A stretch of 42,490 bases of DNA from the IMG/VR virus record IMGVR_UViG_3300030397_001003, positions 1-42,490 of that record; one strand, written 5' to 3'. Made by a program: the position numbers and the translations under genes. Within the stretch, counting starts at the first letter, position 1. Each line of letters opens with the position of its first letter. The stretch comes from a virus (lineage: Duplodnaviria; Caudoviricetes). The notes beneath the pieces were generated by a model. That model worked only from the letters and a program-made list of their open reading frames with translations, was not told the origin of the DNA and searched no databases. Below are positions 27,498-38,199 of the stretch, one piece after another.

Positions 27498-30400
27498 TCA
27501 TCTCATTACTTCCCTACAGGTGATAGTTTGTCCAATCTCTTTTAGGTGAGTAATTGAAACAATTTTGAAATTTAATTCATCTAGTTTTTCTAGAAATTCT
27601 TTTTCGAATGGATGATGTGTTGAATTGATATGATAATAATCTCCTTGTACACCTACTTTGAAAGGAAGGTATTCTCTGTCAATGAATTCCATCAACCTTC
27701 GATAGTTTGGAGAGCCGGGACTGTAGTTGCTCATTGTCGTTTAGTCTCCTTAATCTGAACAAAATCTAATCCAATAACATTACCGGATTCACCTAACCAT
27801 AATTTCAATTCAGTAGATGCATTAAGGTGGAGATTTGTTGCAACTTTCATTTCTGAGTATTCAGTGTTCTTTAGAACAAAGACATACTGTCTAACTTCCC
27901 TATCTTTTTCTTTTGAAAGGACAACATAATCCTCTTCACTACTAGGTATTTTGGAAGTCATCCATAAAACCTCGCCAAAATTTTCTTCAATTCTCGTTTT
28001 GTTTTACACTCTACACAATGATAATGTCTTCCCTGTTTGTCATGAGGGCCATTAATTCTATTTTCAATAATCCCAATAAGACGATCTAATTCAGTTGTCA
28101 TTCTGTTGGCCTCCATTCAAACCCCATCTGAGCCAAAACCATATACCTTCCATTTTCAACACTGGTGAAACAATCTGTACACATCCAATGTCCAGTTTTA
28201 GCAAAGAATTTCATTCTGATTGCCATGAATCTACCAGTACAACAGATACAGCGTTCTCTGAACTCTTCTTTACGAAGTTTATTTTTTGTCAATCAATACA
28301 CAACTCCGGTTTCAAATCTAACTTCACATTTAGGGCAAGTCCAATGTAGATGTTTTTTACCTAAATCATGAAAATCAATTCTAGTTTTGCATGTAGGACA
28401 TTCAAAATAATGTACTTGAATCTTGGTAACGTATTTCTTCAGTATCGATGCACCTTCTTCTTTGGAATCCTGTTTTCACACCATAGGTACTCTAGCCAAC
28501 CCTCTGGGCCTAACAGGTAGACGTCCTTCTTGGTCTTATCTGCCTTGTATTCCAGTACAACATAGCGGTCATTCTCAAAAGCTTTCATTATTTCACCTCT
28601 CAGTGAGGTTACGCATCGAATCAAGATAAGGCTGACGGCCGACAGTTTACGGATCATGTGTTTTCTCCTTTGTCGATACAAATTGTTTGCAGGTGCAGTG
28701 CCCCGTTAACCACCCAGCCGCACCATAAGAAAATTGATTACATTTTGGGCTATGAAGATATGCAGAATGAGAACAATTTTTACATGTTTCATTAGCTTTA
28801 ACCATCATGACACCTCCGTGTTTTGTCAATGACTCTAACCCTAAACGAATTTGTTTATGATATTCTCTGTTCTTCAGTTCTTCAATTTGTCTTTCTAGAT
28901 GAATTTGGAATCTATTCTTCATGTCTTTCTCCGTGAGTTGTCTTCTCGTAAAGAATATCTTCTATTTGACCAAAAATTTCTACTGCATGAAAATTACTAC
29001 CATCATGAGTTTTTACCAAGTCTCTAATTTTTCGAAAGTCATTTACACACCAAGGGCATACTGCTTCGGTGGTTTCTTGATCATAAATCCATCCTCCTCT
29101 TGAGATTGGTTCTGTCTCACAGATTAAACAGAAATCAGTCATGTCTCTCTCCGTGTTTTGTCTCATGGCAACTGCATTCACATTCACGATTATCACAGTA
29201 GAAATGATTTCCAATAACACATTTGTTATCCAATAATCTCATGGGTACTTGTAACCATCCGGTGCTTAACTTCATGTGACCGTCAAGCATCCTGATTTCC
29301 TCCGGCAAAAGTCATGCAAAAACCTCTTTCAATTTCATTAGTTCAATACATTTACTCAATCCTTTATCGAGACATGTATCACAATTCAACACATGTTCGG
29401 TGATTTTTCTATCAGTAATGATGAGATTCTTAGCTTGTGCCCACTCTTCTCTATCATTCAATAAGATAGTTAGATAATGTCCTGCTGGTTCCCAGTAATT
29501 ATTATCGGTTTGTGGATGACCATTAATCCAAACATCGGTGAAAGCGTAATCAATCCCACTCATTTACCGTCTACCCCAACTGTTATCCATCGAATCTGAT
29601 ACTTGATTCTCTTATCATTCCGTCTTATGCCACAATTTCCACATCGTAAATTCCCTTTAGGATTGGTTACTCTACCATTACAATAATGAGGATTACCACA
29701 TACCCAAAATTCCATCTAACTCGATTCTCCAAGTGTCGTTAATTTCACATCTTTAGGAACAAAGTGAGATTTTGGCGCCCATCCTTTCACTCTTGTGTTG
29801 TTTGCAACATAGACATCCCAATGATCATCGATTAATCCATCATATTTTGAATGAATTGCAGAAGTCATCTCTCTGATTAATTCATCTCTCTTATGCCTCC
29901 AATACAAGTAGGCTTTATGATGTTCATTCCTTGTCATTTGATAGAATGGAGTGTTTCCAATAGTTTCTTCAATTCTAGGTATTGAATCTATGAATGAGTG
30001 ATATGCTTCATTTTCCTTTACCGCATCAGAAATTCCATCACCCATGACTTGTCCCCTCCTTTGTCGAGTCACAAACCTGGAGAAGGTCTGTTTCATAACA
30101 TACTTCTACAACTACCCTATCTTTTTCTTCTTCATAATCATAATAGTAAGATATCTCAACCTTGTTAGCTTGGAATAAATCTTGTAGGTTTTGTAAATCA
30201 GTTTTCTTGAAATAACTATCAACAGGAATAACAAAATCATATCTTATCATGATATCATCATCAGGTTCAAGAGTTCGTTCGACGATGCCCATTCTCATTA
30301 ATGATTCAAGAGTGTAGATAGGATGCATTAGTTACCCTTCTCCTTTTTTGTACACCAATCCCTAGAATGATCATCTTTTTGCCATAATTTTACCAAGCAA

Positions 30401-31631
30401 TTATGTGTGAGATTGCAGTTGTTGCATCGGTCATCAAATCCGTTGACAAAGTCATGGGTGTGAGGCATTAGGAACTTGGCTCTTTTTTTGTTAACTTTGA
30501 TGGAAGTTCTTGTATCACGATTTTAGCTGTATCCATTGCAGAAGAATTATGACCAACGAAATGGTGTTCTCCTGTATGGCCTAATCTAAGATAACATTCA
30601 TAATTGTTGTAGGTATTTGTCGCATGGCAAAGATGTCTAGAACCTATTTGATTCATTTCTTTTTCAGTAAGGAGATTTAGTAGTTGATCATAATCACCAT
30701 GTTTGAATCCCAACCGTAGGAATTCTGTCAGATGGTATCCTATTGCTGCATAGTCTCTATCTTGTTTATCCGACCTTTTTGGAATAGAATCATCGTTTTG
30801 ATTCTTGGGTAATTGACACACCCAACATTGGCACTTGTCACCTTTGGTCATTTGTCTGGTCTCCTACAAACATCTACTAGACAAGCATGACACCAAACTG
30901 GTTCTAACAGTTTGAGGCCTTCACCAATTTGTTTTTGGCACCCAATACACTCGAGTTTGATAATTTTACTATTAGAAATACAACCTAATTCATTGTCCAT
31001 TTACTTCTCCTCCACTATGTTAACTACAGTTTTCATTGTTTATACTCCGCTAGTTTTTCCTTCCACCATTTGAGAGCCTTAATGTAGCCTCTGAATTGAT
31101 CATCATTGTCTAATTTGGGGTCATTGGTTTGGCTTCTAGTTAACAATGCGTCACTCCAAGCATCTATTGCTATCTGTAGATGGACATCCATATCATGTAT
31201 GAGTTCATTAACAGTTTTGGTCTTAGTTGTTTTCATAAAACAACTCTCCGTCAATTACGAGATTCTTCTCTTTTGGCTGGAACCCACAATATGTACATGG
31301 ATACGTCCCTATGAGCAATTCACATCTTTTACAATGGAATGCCCCTTTGAGCAAATTAACCCCGATCATCTTCTTTATCCAACTCCTCCACATAATATTT
31401 GAGAATCAAATATTCTGTTTTACCATCATGGTTTTTTTGGTATACAGTTTCCTCAGAAACATATTTCCATAGGTGACAGGGTTTGTTTTTGTCTTTATCT
31501 TTGAGAGAAAGGTAGATTCGACCATCGTCTGTTTTATATCTTTGAAGTTTATCTGCTTCACAAGAACCCAACTCCCTTAGTAACATCTCTACTTTGTTGT
31601 ATTGTGATATACGAATGATTTGTATCTTCAT
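27498..31631 (-). other. Cluster of ~15-20 small, tightly packed hypothetical ORFs, many Cys-rich
   Basis: ORFs include 27498-27734, 27731-27961, 28098-28292, 28647-28922, 29312-29563, 29716-~30045, 30038-30328, 30468-30851, 31033-31254 and 31356-31631, several with 4-nt overlaps. Confidence 0.7.
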
Positions 31632-31879
31632 GACTGATCCACCTTTACTCCTGGTGTAACATCCATTAACGTCAATACGGATACAACGTCTTTATGTTTT
31701 CTTATCTTCCACATTATTGTATCTTTCATGGTATCTGGTGACTCTGTAATGAGGGATACCAAGATATCATATGCACCAAAGACATGATGGACTGATGAGT
31801 TTGGAATTGTATCTTTGATATATGCAATGACGTTTTTTGTGGAATCTAGGCTACAGTTAATCAACAAGTAAGCTTTCAT
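31628..31879 (-). CDS. Stand-alone Lrp/AsnC ligand-binding (RAM) domain protein
   Basis: AYLLINC...VFGAYDILV...IMWKIRK...V.SVLTL, typical of thaumarchaeal AsnC-type proteins. Confidence 0.85.
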   Translation of the reverse strand: MKAYLLINCSLDSTKNVIAYIKDTIPNSSVHHVFGAYDILVSLITESPDTMKDTIMWKIRKHKDVVSVLTLMDVTPGVKVDQS

Positions 31880-32028
31880 CAGTTAACCCCAACTTTGTTA
31901 GTTCTACTACCACTGAACTAAAAGACACATGTGCCTCTTCTCGCTTCATCATTTTTGTTTGTAATTCCCTGACTTTTTTATCAGTCTCATCATCAAAGAC
32001 TATTGTTCTTCTTTTAACCATTAGTTTC

Positions 32029-32667
32029 TCATTCCTCTAATAACCCAACAATCTTTTTGGCAATTTTGTGATAAGCAGCAGACCTAGCAGACTCAGCAGC
32101 AGACTCAGCAGCAGACTCAGCAGCAGACTCAGCAGACCAAGCAGCAGACTGAGCAGACCAAGCAGCAGACTCAGCAGCAGACCTAGCAGCAGACCTAGCA
32201 GCAGACTGAGCAGCAGACCATTTAGCCTCATCCTTTTCTTCTTTTTTGTGAAGTACAAGGATGTCGGCAATAACCTGTTTAACAATAGGATGATCAATGT
32301 TTTTGCAGATTTCTTCAAGATTGAATATGAATAATTTATGATACAACGACTGCCAATTTGAGAAACCTACTGGAATCGCCTTGATTACTTTTACTGCAAA
32401 ATCCTGTCTTCCCCCTTCAGGTAATCCTTCAAATATAGTATCCAAAATATGGGGAAACCAAATTGGAACATTCATGTCATTTGAGAATTCTTGGTGTGGT
32501 GAATCTTCTGTTTGTACAATGGATCCAACAAGACAACCTTTTGAATCATTTTCGCACCAATATTGGCCTGACACAATCCTTTTTTCTTTGTATGCCTCTT
32601 CTATAATTGAAATGAATTTTGCCTTTTGGATAGGATCATTGTTGAATGCAACACATGTTTCATTCAA
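32029..32667 (-). CDS. Phage hypothetical protein with SAAx repeat tract
   Basis: GQYW...KGCLVG...IFEGLP N-domain followed by (SAAx)n. Confidence 0.75.
   Translation of the reverse strand: MNETCVAFNNDPIQKAKFISIIEEAYKEKRIVSGQYWCENDSKGCLVGSIVQTEDSPHQEFSNDMNVPIWFPHILDTIFEGLPEGGRQDFAVKVIKAIPVGFSNWQSLYHKLFIFNLEEICKNIDHPIVKQVIADILVLHKKEEKDEAKWSAAQSAARSAARSAAESAAWSAQSAAWSAESAAESAAESAAESARSAAYHKIAKKIVGLLEE
32074..32220 (-). repeat. 12/9-nt coding tandem repeat TCTGCT(GCT)NRG
   Basis: About 13 units encoding SAAQ/SAAR/SAAE/SAAW/SAQ/SAE/SAR. Confidence 0.95.
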
Positions 32668-32863
32668 TTAATCTGTCGCCTCCGGTGTTCCTGCATGTCC
32701 TGTGTCACCAAGATCACAGCCCAGACATTCATCGTACTCGCCCATTTGACAAGAAAAACATAGAGCTCGTACGTTTTCTATTTTGAAAGTTTGACTCTCC
32801 ATGTGTATGTATAACACACTGTATGATATAAAGATTGTCATTCAATCATAAGAACATGAGAAA

Positions 32864-32924
32864 AGGGTAGGAGTGGAGAAAACAGCAAAACCGGAGAGCC
32901 ATGCTACAACGTACCTCCTACCCT
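32864..32924 (-). ncRNA. Candidate hairpin RNA/regulatory element
   Basis: 10-bp perfect inverted repeat AGGGTAGGAG/CTCCTACCCT in an intergenic region, followed by a U-run on the minus strand. Confidence 0.4.
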
Positions 32925-32968
32925 CTGTTACAGTACACCAAACAGTGTTAATAACGATTGGCATAAAA

Positions 32969-33367
32969 CTATTTCTTCTTTTTTGACAGTTTTGCATATT
33001 TGGCAAGTCTGTCAATATTTTCTTCCTTCCATCTAGCAAGTGTGGATAGTTTGTAGTGGCATGACCAATGTATTGGCGCAAATCTTTCTGGTTCCTTCAT
33101 TAGAATTGGTTTGAGATATCGATGATACTCTAATGTATGATAGACTATCTTGGTTGTCTTTTTGCCTTTGTTCTTTCCTCTGGTTATGACATGTGGTACT
33201 CTTTCCTTAAAGTCACTAGAGTCTTTTTCACCTTCTTTGTATTCGATATGGTGGATTTGCCAAGGTCTTTTGTCTGGATATGGTTTTTCACATATGAGAC
33301 ATGGTTTGTTAAGAAACCTGATTAATTCATCTTTTAGTGCATCTGTTTCAGTCTTTGTCATCAGCAT
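32969..33367 (-). CDS. HNH-like nuclease
   Basis: CLIC...QIHHIEY...IHWSCH. Confidence 0.6.
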   Translation of the reverse strand: MLMTKTETDALKDELIRFLNKPCLICEKPYPDKRPWQIHHIEYKEGEKDSSDFKERVPHVITRGKNKGKKTTKIVYHTLEYHRYLKPILMKEPERFAPIHWSCHYKLSTLARWKEENIDRLAKYAKLSKKKK

Positions 33368-33597
33368 ACAACAATTCTATCATCTTATCTTCTTCCTGCT
33401 CTGCTAATTCTAGATATCTATCTCTGTTCTTGAGAGCAACCCAAAACTCTTGATCTTTATTCATTGTAAATTCTCATCATAAATAATATAGTCATCATCA
33501 TCGTATACAACCACTTTCGTTCTACCAGTTGAATCATAACGTACACAACCATAGGTAACTGGTGGGCTGGTTTTATGCCATCTATAATATTGAATCC

Positions 33598-34365
33598 TCA
33601 TCGCTTTTTCAGATCCTTTTTGAATATTAAATAGTAACTTGTGACTGACTGAGCAAATGGAAATCTTCCTCCTCTGCTTGAATAGATTCCTCTGTAGTGT
33701 ATACAGTCCATTAGACTAAATTCTGATTTTGGATTCTCCCTTTTGTCAAATGCTTTGATGGCGTAGAAATGATTTGGTATTAGTTCATAGTCTTTATGGG
33801 AATCGCCTATCTTGATTATGAGATTATCTGCTGCCAGATTCCAGGACTCTACACAATCCATGAATAGTTTCTCTAGTGGTCGATAATGTTTGAAGTACTG
33901 CTCACGTCTTCCTAAAGATTCCTCTTTTCTGATATGGTCCTTCTTTTTCTTTGTTCCCCAGGACTCTAGTCCATTCTTCAGATTTGTAAATGGAAAGTCA
34001 TTGAATAAGATGTCAAATCGACGATCCAAATAAGACACCCTCTGGGCCAAAACATGATGGTCGGCTTCAATATCTGGGTCTGAATCATTGAATGTGACAT
34101 TCCATGCAACCTTTCCATCAAACATAGGAGTATTATATGGGAATGTTTCCCAACTGATTTTTTTACCACATGTCACGTCTATGATTGTTTTACCTGGATT
34201 CCAATAGAATGGAATTATTCTTGCTAATACTTGGTTTAGTGGCAACATGTATATGAGATTGGTCAGGAATTGTTTTCCTGCGTCATATCTTGTAGTTGGG
34301 TCCCTTCTCTTCTTTACCTCTTGATATTGGACCAGCCCCTTTGGAAGGTATTTCTTTTTAGTCAT
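33598..34365 (-). CDS. Putative DNA amino-methyltransferase
   Basis: SAM-binding-like IIDVTCG and motif-IV-like FNDFPF; true start likely ATG 34365 because a separate Cys-rich ORF occupies the upstream sequence. Confidence 0.6.
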   Translation of the reverse strand: MTKKKYLPKGLVQYQEVKKRRDPTTRYDAGKQFLTNLIYMLPLNQVLARIIPFYWNPGKTIIDVTCGKKISWETFPYNTPMFDGKVAWNVTFNDSDPDIEADHHVLAQRVSYLDRRFDILFNDFPFTNLKNGLESWGTKKKKDHIRKEESLGRREQYFKHYRPLEKLFMDCVESWNLAADNLIIKIGDSHKDYELIPNHFYAIKAFDKRENPKSEFSLMDCIHYRGIYSSRGGRFPFAQSVTSYYLIFKKDLKKR

Positions 34366-34822
34366 GGCATTCACACTCACATTTTCGTTGGAACTTACTT
34401 CTTGTTCTTCCTTCTGTATTTGGGTGTCGTCCGGTTCCAACATGTCCGGTACAGTCTTTATGATTTCCTCGATAACATCTAGTGCTTGTCTTTTTTTGGA
34501 TTGTTGTTAATCCACTTGATTGGGTTGTCAATAACCAAACTCCTGTTTCTTTTTGTTATGGCATTTCTTGCATGATACAGTTCCACATGAATACTCTATT
34601 CCTTTGTTTTTTGGTCCGATTATCTTTCCACAATCAACACATGTTAACCAGTTCGTCAACTAATCCTCTCCACTGTGATTCTGAAATTGCCCCAAGTACC
34701 TTGAAAGCTAGAATCCATAATATTTGAAATGTATTGTCTCTCTGTTTCAGACATTGAACTTGTTAGTTTTTTAGAGAAATAAAATGTTAGAAACTTTTCT
34801 AGTTTGATCTCTTTCTTTCTGC

Positions 34823-35281
34823 TCATATTACCACCAACTTCTTTTTAATTCTAGCTCGTCGTTTACTTTCTTTACTTTGTTGTAATTTACAAATTTTACA
34901 TACACGTGAACCATAACAACTAATCAACAGATTTTTACCAGTATATTCATGGCCTTGAGGACAGTGTGTTTTTGTTTCGTTAAATGTTATCCTTTCTTTC
35001 CAATCAACACGATTCATGTTCTCTTGAGGGGTTACAAGTTCCAAATGATCGGGATTTACACATTTTTTGTTTTTACAAAGATGGTCTATTTGTAAATCAT
35101 GAGGAACAAACCCTTTGAAAATTTCATATGAAACTCTATGGGCTAATCTAGTTTTTTGTTTACACCAAAATAAACTATAACCGTGAAGATCCTGTGCTGA
35201 TGTCCATTCCCAACATAATCTTGATTGTTGAATTTTATCAAAAAATCTTTGAAGAGTTCTAGAATCTAAACTACCTAACAA
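34823..35281 (-). CDS. HNH homing endonuclease (HNH_3 type)
   Basis: CWEW...GYS...AHRVSY...IDHLCKNKKCVNPDHL...KTHCPQGH; likely TTG start overlapping the end of MCM. Confidence 0.9.
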   Translation of the reverse strand: MLGSLDSRTLQRFFDKIQQSRLCWEWTSAQDLHGYSLFWCKQKTRLAHRVSYEIFKGFVPHDLQIDHLCKNKKCVNPDHLELVTPQENMNRVDWKERITFNETKTHCPQGHEYTGKNLLISCYGSRVCKICKLQQSKESKRRARIKKKLVVI

Positions 35282-37271
35282 GCTTATACCTCCCTCTCTG
35301 ATACAGTAGATCACCTTTCTGATGCAACTTCTCGAAATACTCATCTGCTTTGTCTCTATTTGGGAATAGTTGCTGATGTTGGTCACTAAGGAATTGACAA
35401 AAGTCAGACCTTGGGAGCAGTTGGTTGTCAGCATCCTTACACATCTGAATCCAGCATTTTTCAAATGCAATACTCTTGTCCTTTAGATCCTGATGCTCCA
35501 TTGGAATCTGGGTCATGCCCTTGTCAGTTTTTACTCCGAAGGTCTCAAGTGTCTTCTTGATGTAATCAATTGCTAGTACTGCATACTCTTTTGTGATGGT
35601 ATCAGATAGATGCAGCCTGGTTATAGCTTCTGAAATTCTTACTACTGATTCAATGAATCTTCTGTCAAACTGTTTTGTCCCTTGTTCTTGCTGTCCTGAA
35701 TTCTGTAATGACATCATGACCTTTACATAGTCATCTATTATCTTCTTGGCTTCAAATGACATCTTTGGATTTATTGATGATGCTTTGTTGAATAATAACA
35801 ACATCTCTTCTGATGTTAGTAGGTTGTTCTTTTGAACATAATTGTCAACACCCATACTCTTTATGATATCACTGTGATCACTGATTTGTTGGGATTGAAT
35901 CTCTGATGATTCTGGAAGTACGTTTACGATTATATCAAATCGTGATATCATTGGTGCTGGCAGGTTGATGTTTTTTACCATACCTAACTGTTGGTCATAG
36001 TATCCATTCTTTGGGTTAGCTCCTGCTACTATTGTGGTGTCAGCAGTAAAGACCTGATCAAACCCAGCCTTGTTGTATGGTATCTTTCCTGATTCCATTG
36101 CTGTGTATGTCTTTCCAATATCCTCTTGTGGGAATTGGTTTAGTTCATCCAATACTACACAAGAGCCGGAACATTGCACGACTATACCACCTTTTGGGAA
36201 TTTGGATTTGTCTTCTAATGTAGTCATTGTAACTGTGATTCCTGAACCTGTGGACATTCCACCAACGGCTAGTCCGCATCTTTGAGTGACTTCGGGAAGA
36301 AACTCCAAAATTTTAGACTTGGCCGTTGCCGGTGGTCCAATTAGCAAGGAGTGAATATTTCCACGTATTCGTCCATTCTTCATGGAGCCTATACGTGATA
36401 TTACAACTGCTAATTTTTCTAGTTCCCGGAACTTTATTTCAGGTGCAAATGAATCAGTTATCAGTTTCAAATAGTCTTCTTTTTTGACTAGTGATACAAA
36501 ATATACCAGTTGTTGTTCTGTTGGCATCTTGATATTCTCTTCATCTAGGTTTTCCATAGAAATAACATTGATCACAACACTGTTTCTGTCGCTGTTCTTC
36601 TTTGGCTGTGATCTAAAGACACCAGTAAGTATCTTTCTTTGACCAGGGTACGAATCAAACACTAAATCATCCTTGACGATACATGTAAACAGTCTGGGTT
36701 TACCATGCTTGACCTCGTCCATTGGCTCTTGCACTATGATAGTCTTGATATCTCCTGTGAGTAGTGTTGATTGATCAAGGAAAAACCTTCTGGACGTACA
36801 ACTGTCTCTATTCTCACAAACATATGGTTTTTCTAATGATTCCTCGACATGTCCACACTTGACACAGAACCATTTTGCTACTTTGGTGTATGTTTCTTCT
36901 TTCAGAGTACCTACTATCTGGCATTTTGCAGATATTGGGGTTCCTTCATAATTTGAAGACCATTCGTTTAGTTTGATGAGATTATTGGAAACTAACTCTA
37001 TCTTTAATTGCCTTTTGAGTAGAGTTGCTAATTGTTCATCATCATCTCCCTGACATAGTACCTGTGTTACAGATCTTCTAACTAATTCGGGAAATTTTTC
37101 AGTCTCTTGAATGAACCCGTCGTTTACCTCTGGGTCATCAAGTGGATTGAATCTGAATGTCCCGTGGGGTTTCTGTCTAAAGTATTGTATTGTTTTGTAA
37201 TATTTGTCAGTGTTAAGTAGTGTAATGATCCTGTCCACAATTGCTGAATCGGTGTATGTTACATGTTCCAT
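35271..37271 (-). CDS. mcm: MCM replicative helicase
   Basis: Zn finger CVKC...C...C, Walker A GPPATAKS, Walker B VLDE, AGANP, arginine finger SRFD. Confidence 0.95.
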   Translation of the reverse strand: MEHVTYTDSAIVDRIITLLNTDKYYKTIQYFRQKPHGTFRFNPLDDPEVNDGFIQETEKFPELVRRSVTQVLCQGDDDEQLATLLKRQLKIELVSNNLIKLNEWSSNYEGTPISAKCQIVGTLKEETYTKVAKWFCVKCGHVEESLEKPYVCENRDSCTSRRFFLDQSTLLTGDIKTIIVQEPMDEVKHGKPRLFTCIVKDDLVFDSYPGQRKILTGVFRSQPKKNSDRNSVVINVISMENLDEENIKMPTEQQLVYFVSLVKKEDYLKLITDSFAPEIKFRELEKLAVVISRIGSMKNGRIRGNIHSLLIGPPATAKSKILEFLPEVTQRCGLAVGGMSTGSGITVTMTTLEDKSKFPKGGIVVQCSGSCVVLDELNQFPQEDIGKTYTAMESGKIPYNKAGFDQVFTADTTIVAGANPKNGYYDQQLGMVKNINLPAPMISRFDIIVNVLPESSEIQSQQISDHSDIIKSMGVDNYVQKNNLLTSEEMLLLFNKASSINPKMSFEAKKIIDDYVKVMMSLQNSGQQEQGTKQFDRRFIESVVRISEAITRLHLSDTITKEYAVLAIDYIKKTLETFGVKTDKGMTQIPMEHQDLKDKSIAFEKCWIQMCKDADNQLLPRSDFCQFLSDQHQQLFPNRDKADEYFEKLHQKGDLLYQRGRYKLVR

Positions 37272-37275
37272 AATA

Positions 37276-37497
37276 TCACTTTGTGACTGCCAACAACGCT
37301 ACTTGTTCACGGTATTGGTTTTTTCCTTTCATGCTTCTGGGCTTCACTCTCAGTTTAAATCCACAACAAGGGCACCTAATGCCATCCCATTTGATAAAGC
37401 AGTCACATGCGCTGCAACGCTTTTGTCCTTCTATGTATCGTCCTCCATGATTAGGCTTGATGGTCTTGTAGTTATGACAAACTCCTTTGCAAGCCAT
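37276..37497 (-). CDS. Small Zn-finger protein of thaumarchaeal type
   Basis: CKGVC...GRY..GQKRC..C..FIKWDG..CPCCG..LR.KPR pattern, recalled from Nitrosopumilus-like small proteins. Confidence 0.7.
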   Translation of the reverse strand: MACKGVCHNYKTIKPNHGGRYIEGQKRCSACDCFIKWDGIRCPCCGFKLRVKPRSMKGKNQYREQVALLAVTK

Positions 37498-37889
37498 TAG
37501 TACTCAAATCCTGCTGTCTTGAAGGCATTGATTACATCTATCCAATCTTGCCAGGTTATGTATTGTTCATCATTACTGAAAAGAGACTCACACTCATTGG
37601 CCTCTATCTCCACTAATTCTATATTTCTGAATTTTAGATATTCCTTGTAAACTTCCATCTTTTCTCTGGCTATCTTACCATGAGACAGATTGACCTCAAT
37701 TGCTACCATTCGTTTAGGGCCCATAAGAACCAGATCGATTTTGTGTTTGTAGTGTTCTTCTCCTACTGAGTCTCTACTTAATGAGATGATTGATTTGAGT
37801 GGACACTGGTTGACTACTTCCATATGCGGATACATCATCTGAATTATTTTCTGTGCTTTTCTTTCTCCTTTTCCTATGAAATCAGTCAT
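37497..37889 (-). CDS. PD-(D/E)xK family nuclease
   Basis: GKGE...KIDLV...VAIEVN. Confidence 0.7.
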   Translation of the reverse strand: MTDFIGKGERKAQKIIQMMYPHMEVVNQCPLKSIISLSRDSVGEEHYKHKIDLVLMGPKRMVAIEVNLSHGKIAREKMEVYKEYLKFRNIELVEIEANECESLFSNDEQYITWQDWIDVINAFKTAGFEY

Positions 37890-38067
37890 TGACCTTCTCC
37901 TTGAAAGTTACTTCATGAACGAATCTTGAGGAGTATTTTCCATCTCCAACATAGTCATAGATTACAACTCCACCTCCTGCATTGAACATTACAATTCTAG
38001 TTCGAATAAGTAAAGGTAATTCCTTCAATTCATCACATAAGGTTTCAAATTTTATAACATTGCTCAA
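37882..38067 (-). CDS. Hypothetical protein
   Basis: 61-aa ORF in the operon. Confidence 0.5.
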   Translation of the reverse strand: MSNVIKFETLCDELKELPLLIRTRIVMFNAGGGVVIYDYVGDGKYSSRFVHEVTFKEKVND

Positions 38068-38199
38068 TTGACTCTCTTCCTCACATCATTTTCTTTTAGC
38101 TTGTTCTGGACGATTCTCTGTTTGTCATAAGATGACACCAGATAGTCAGGATCATTCATTTTTTCTTTGAGTTGTTTCTTTCTGGTCTCAATCCATGCT

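Noticed and set aside
32074-32220. CRISPR-like array
   Set aside because: Units are 9-12 nt, in-frame coding, and have no spacers
35282-35470. N-terminal extension of the HNH ORF as given in the ORF track
   Set aside because: Overlaps the MCM C-terminus; HNH similarity starts only near 35281
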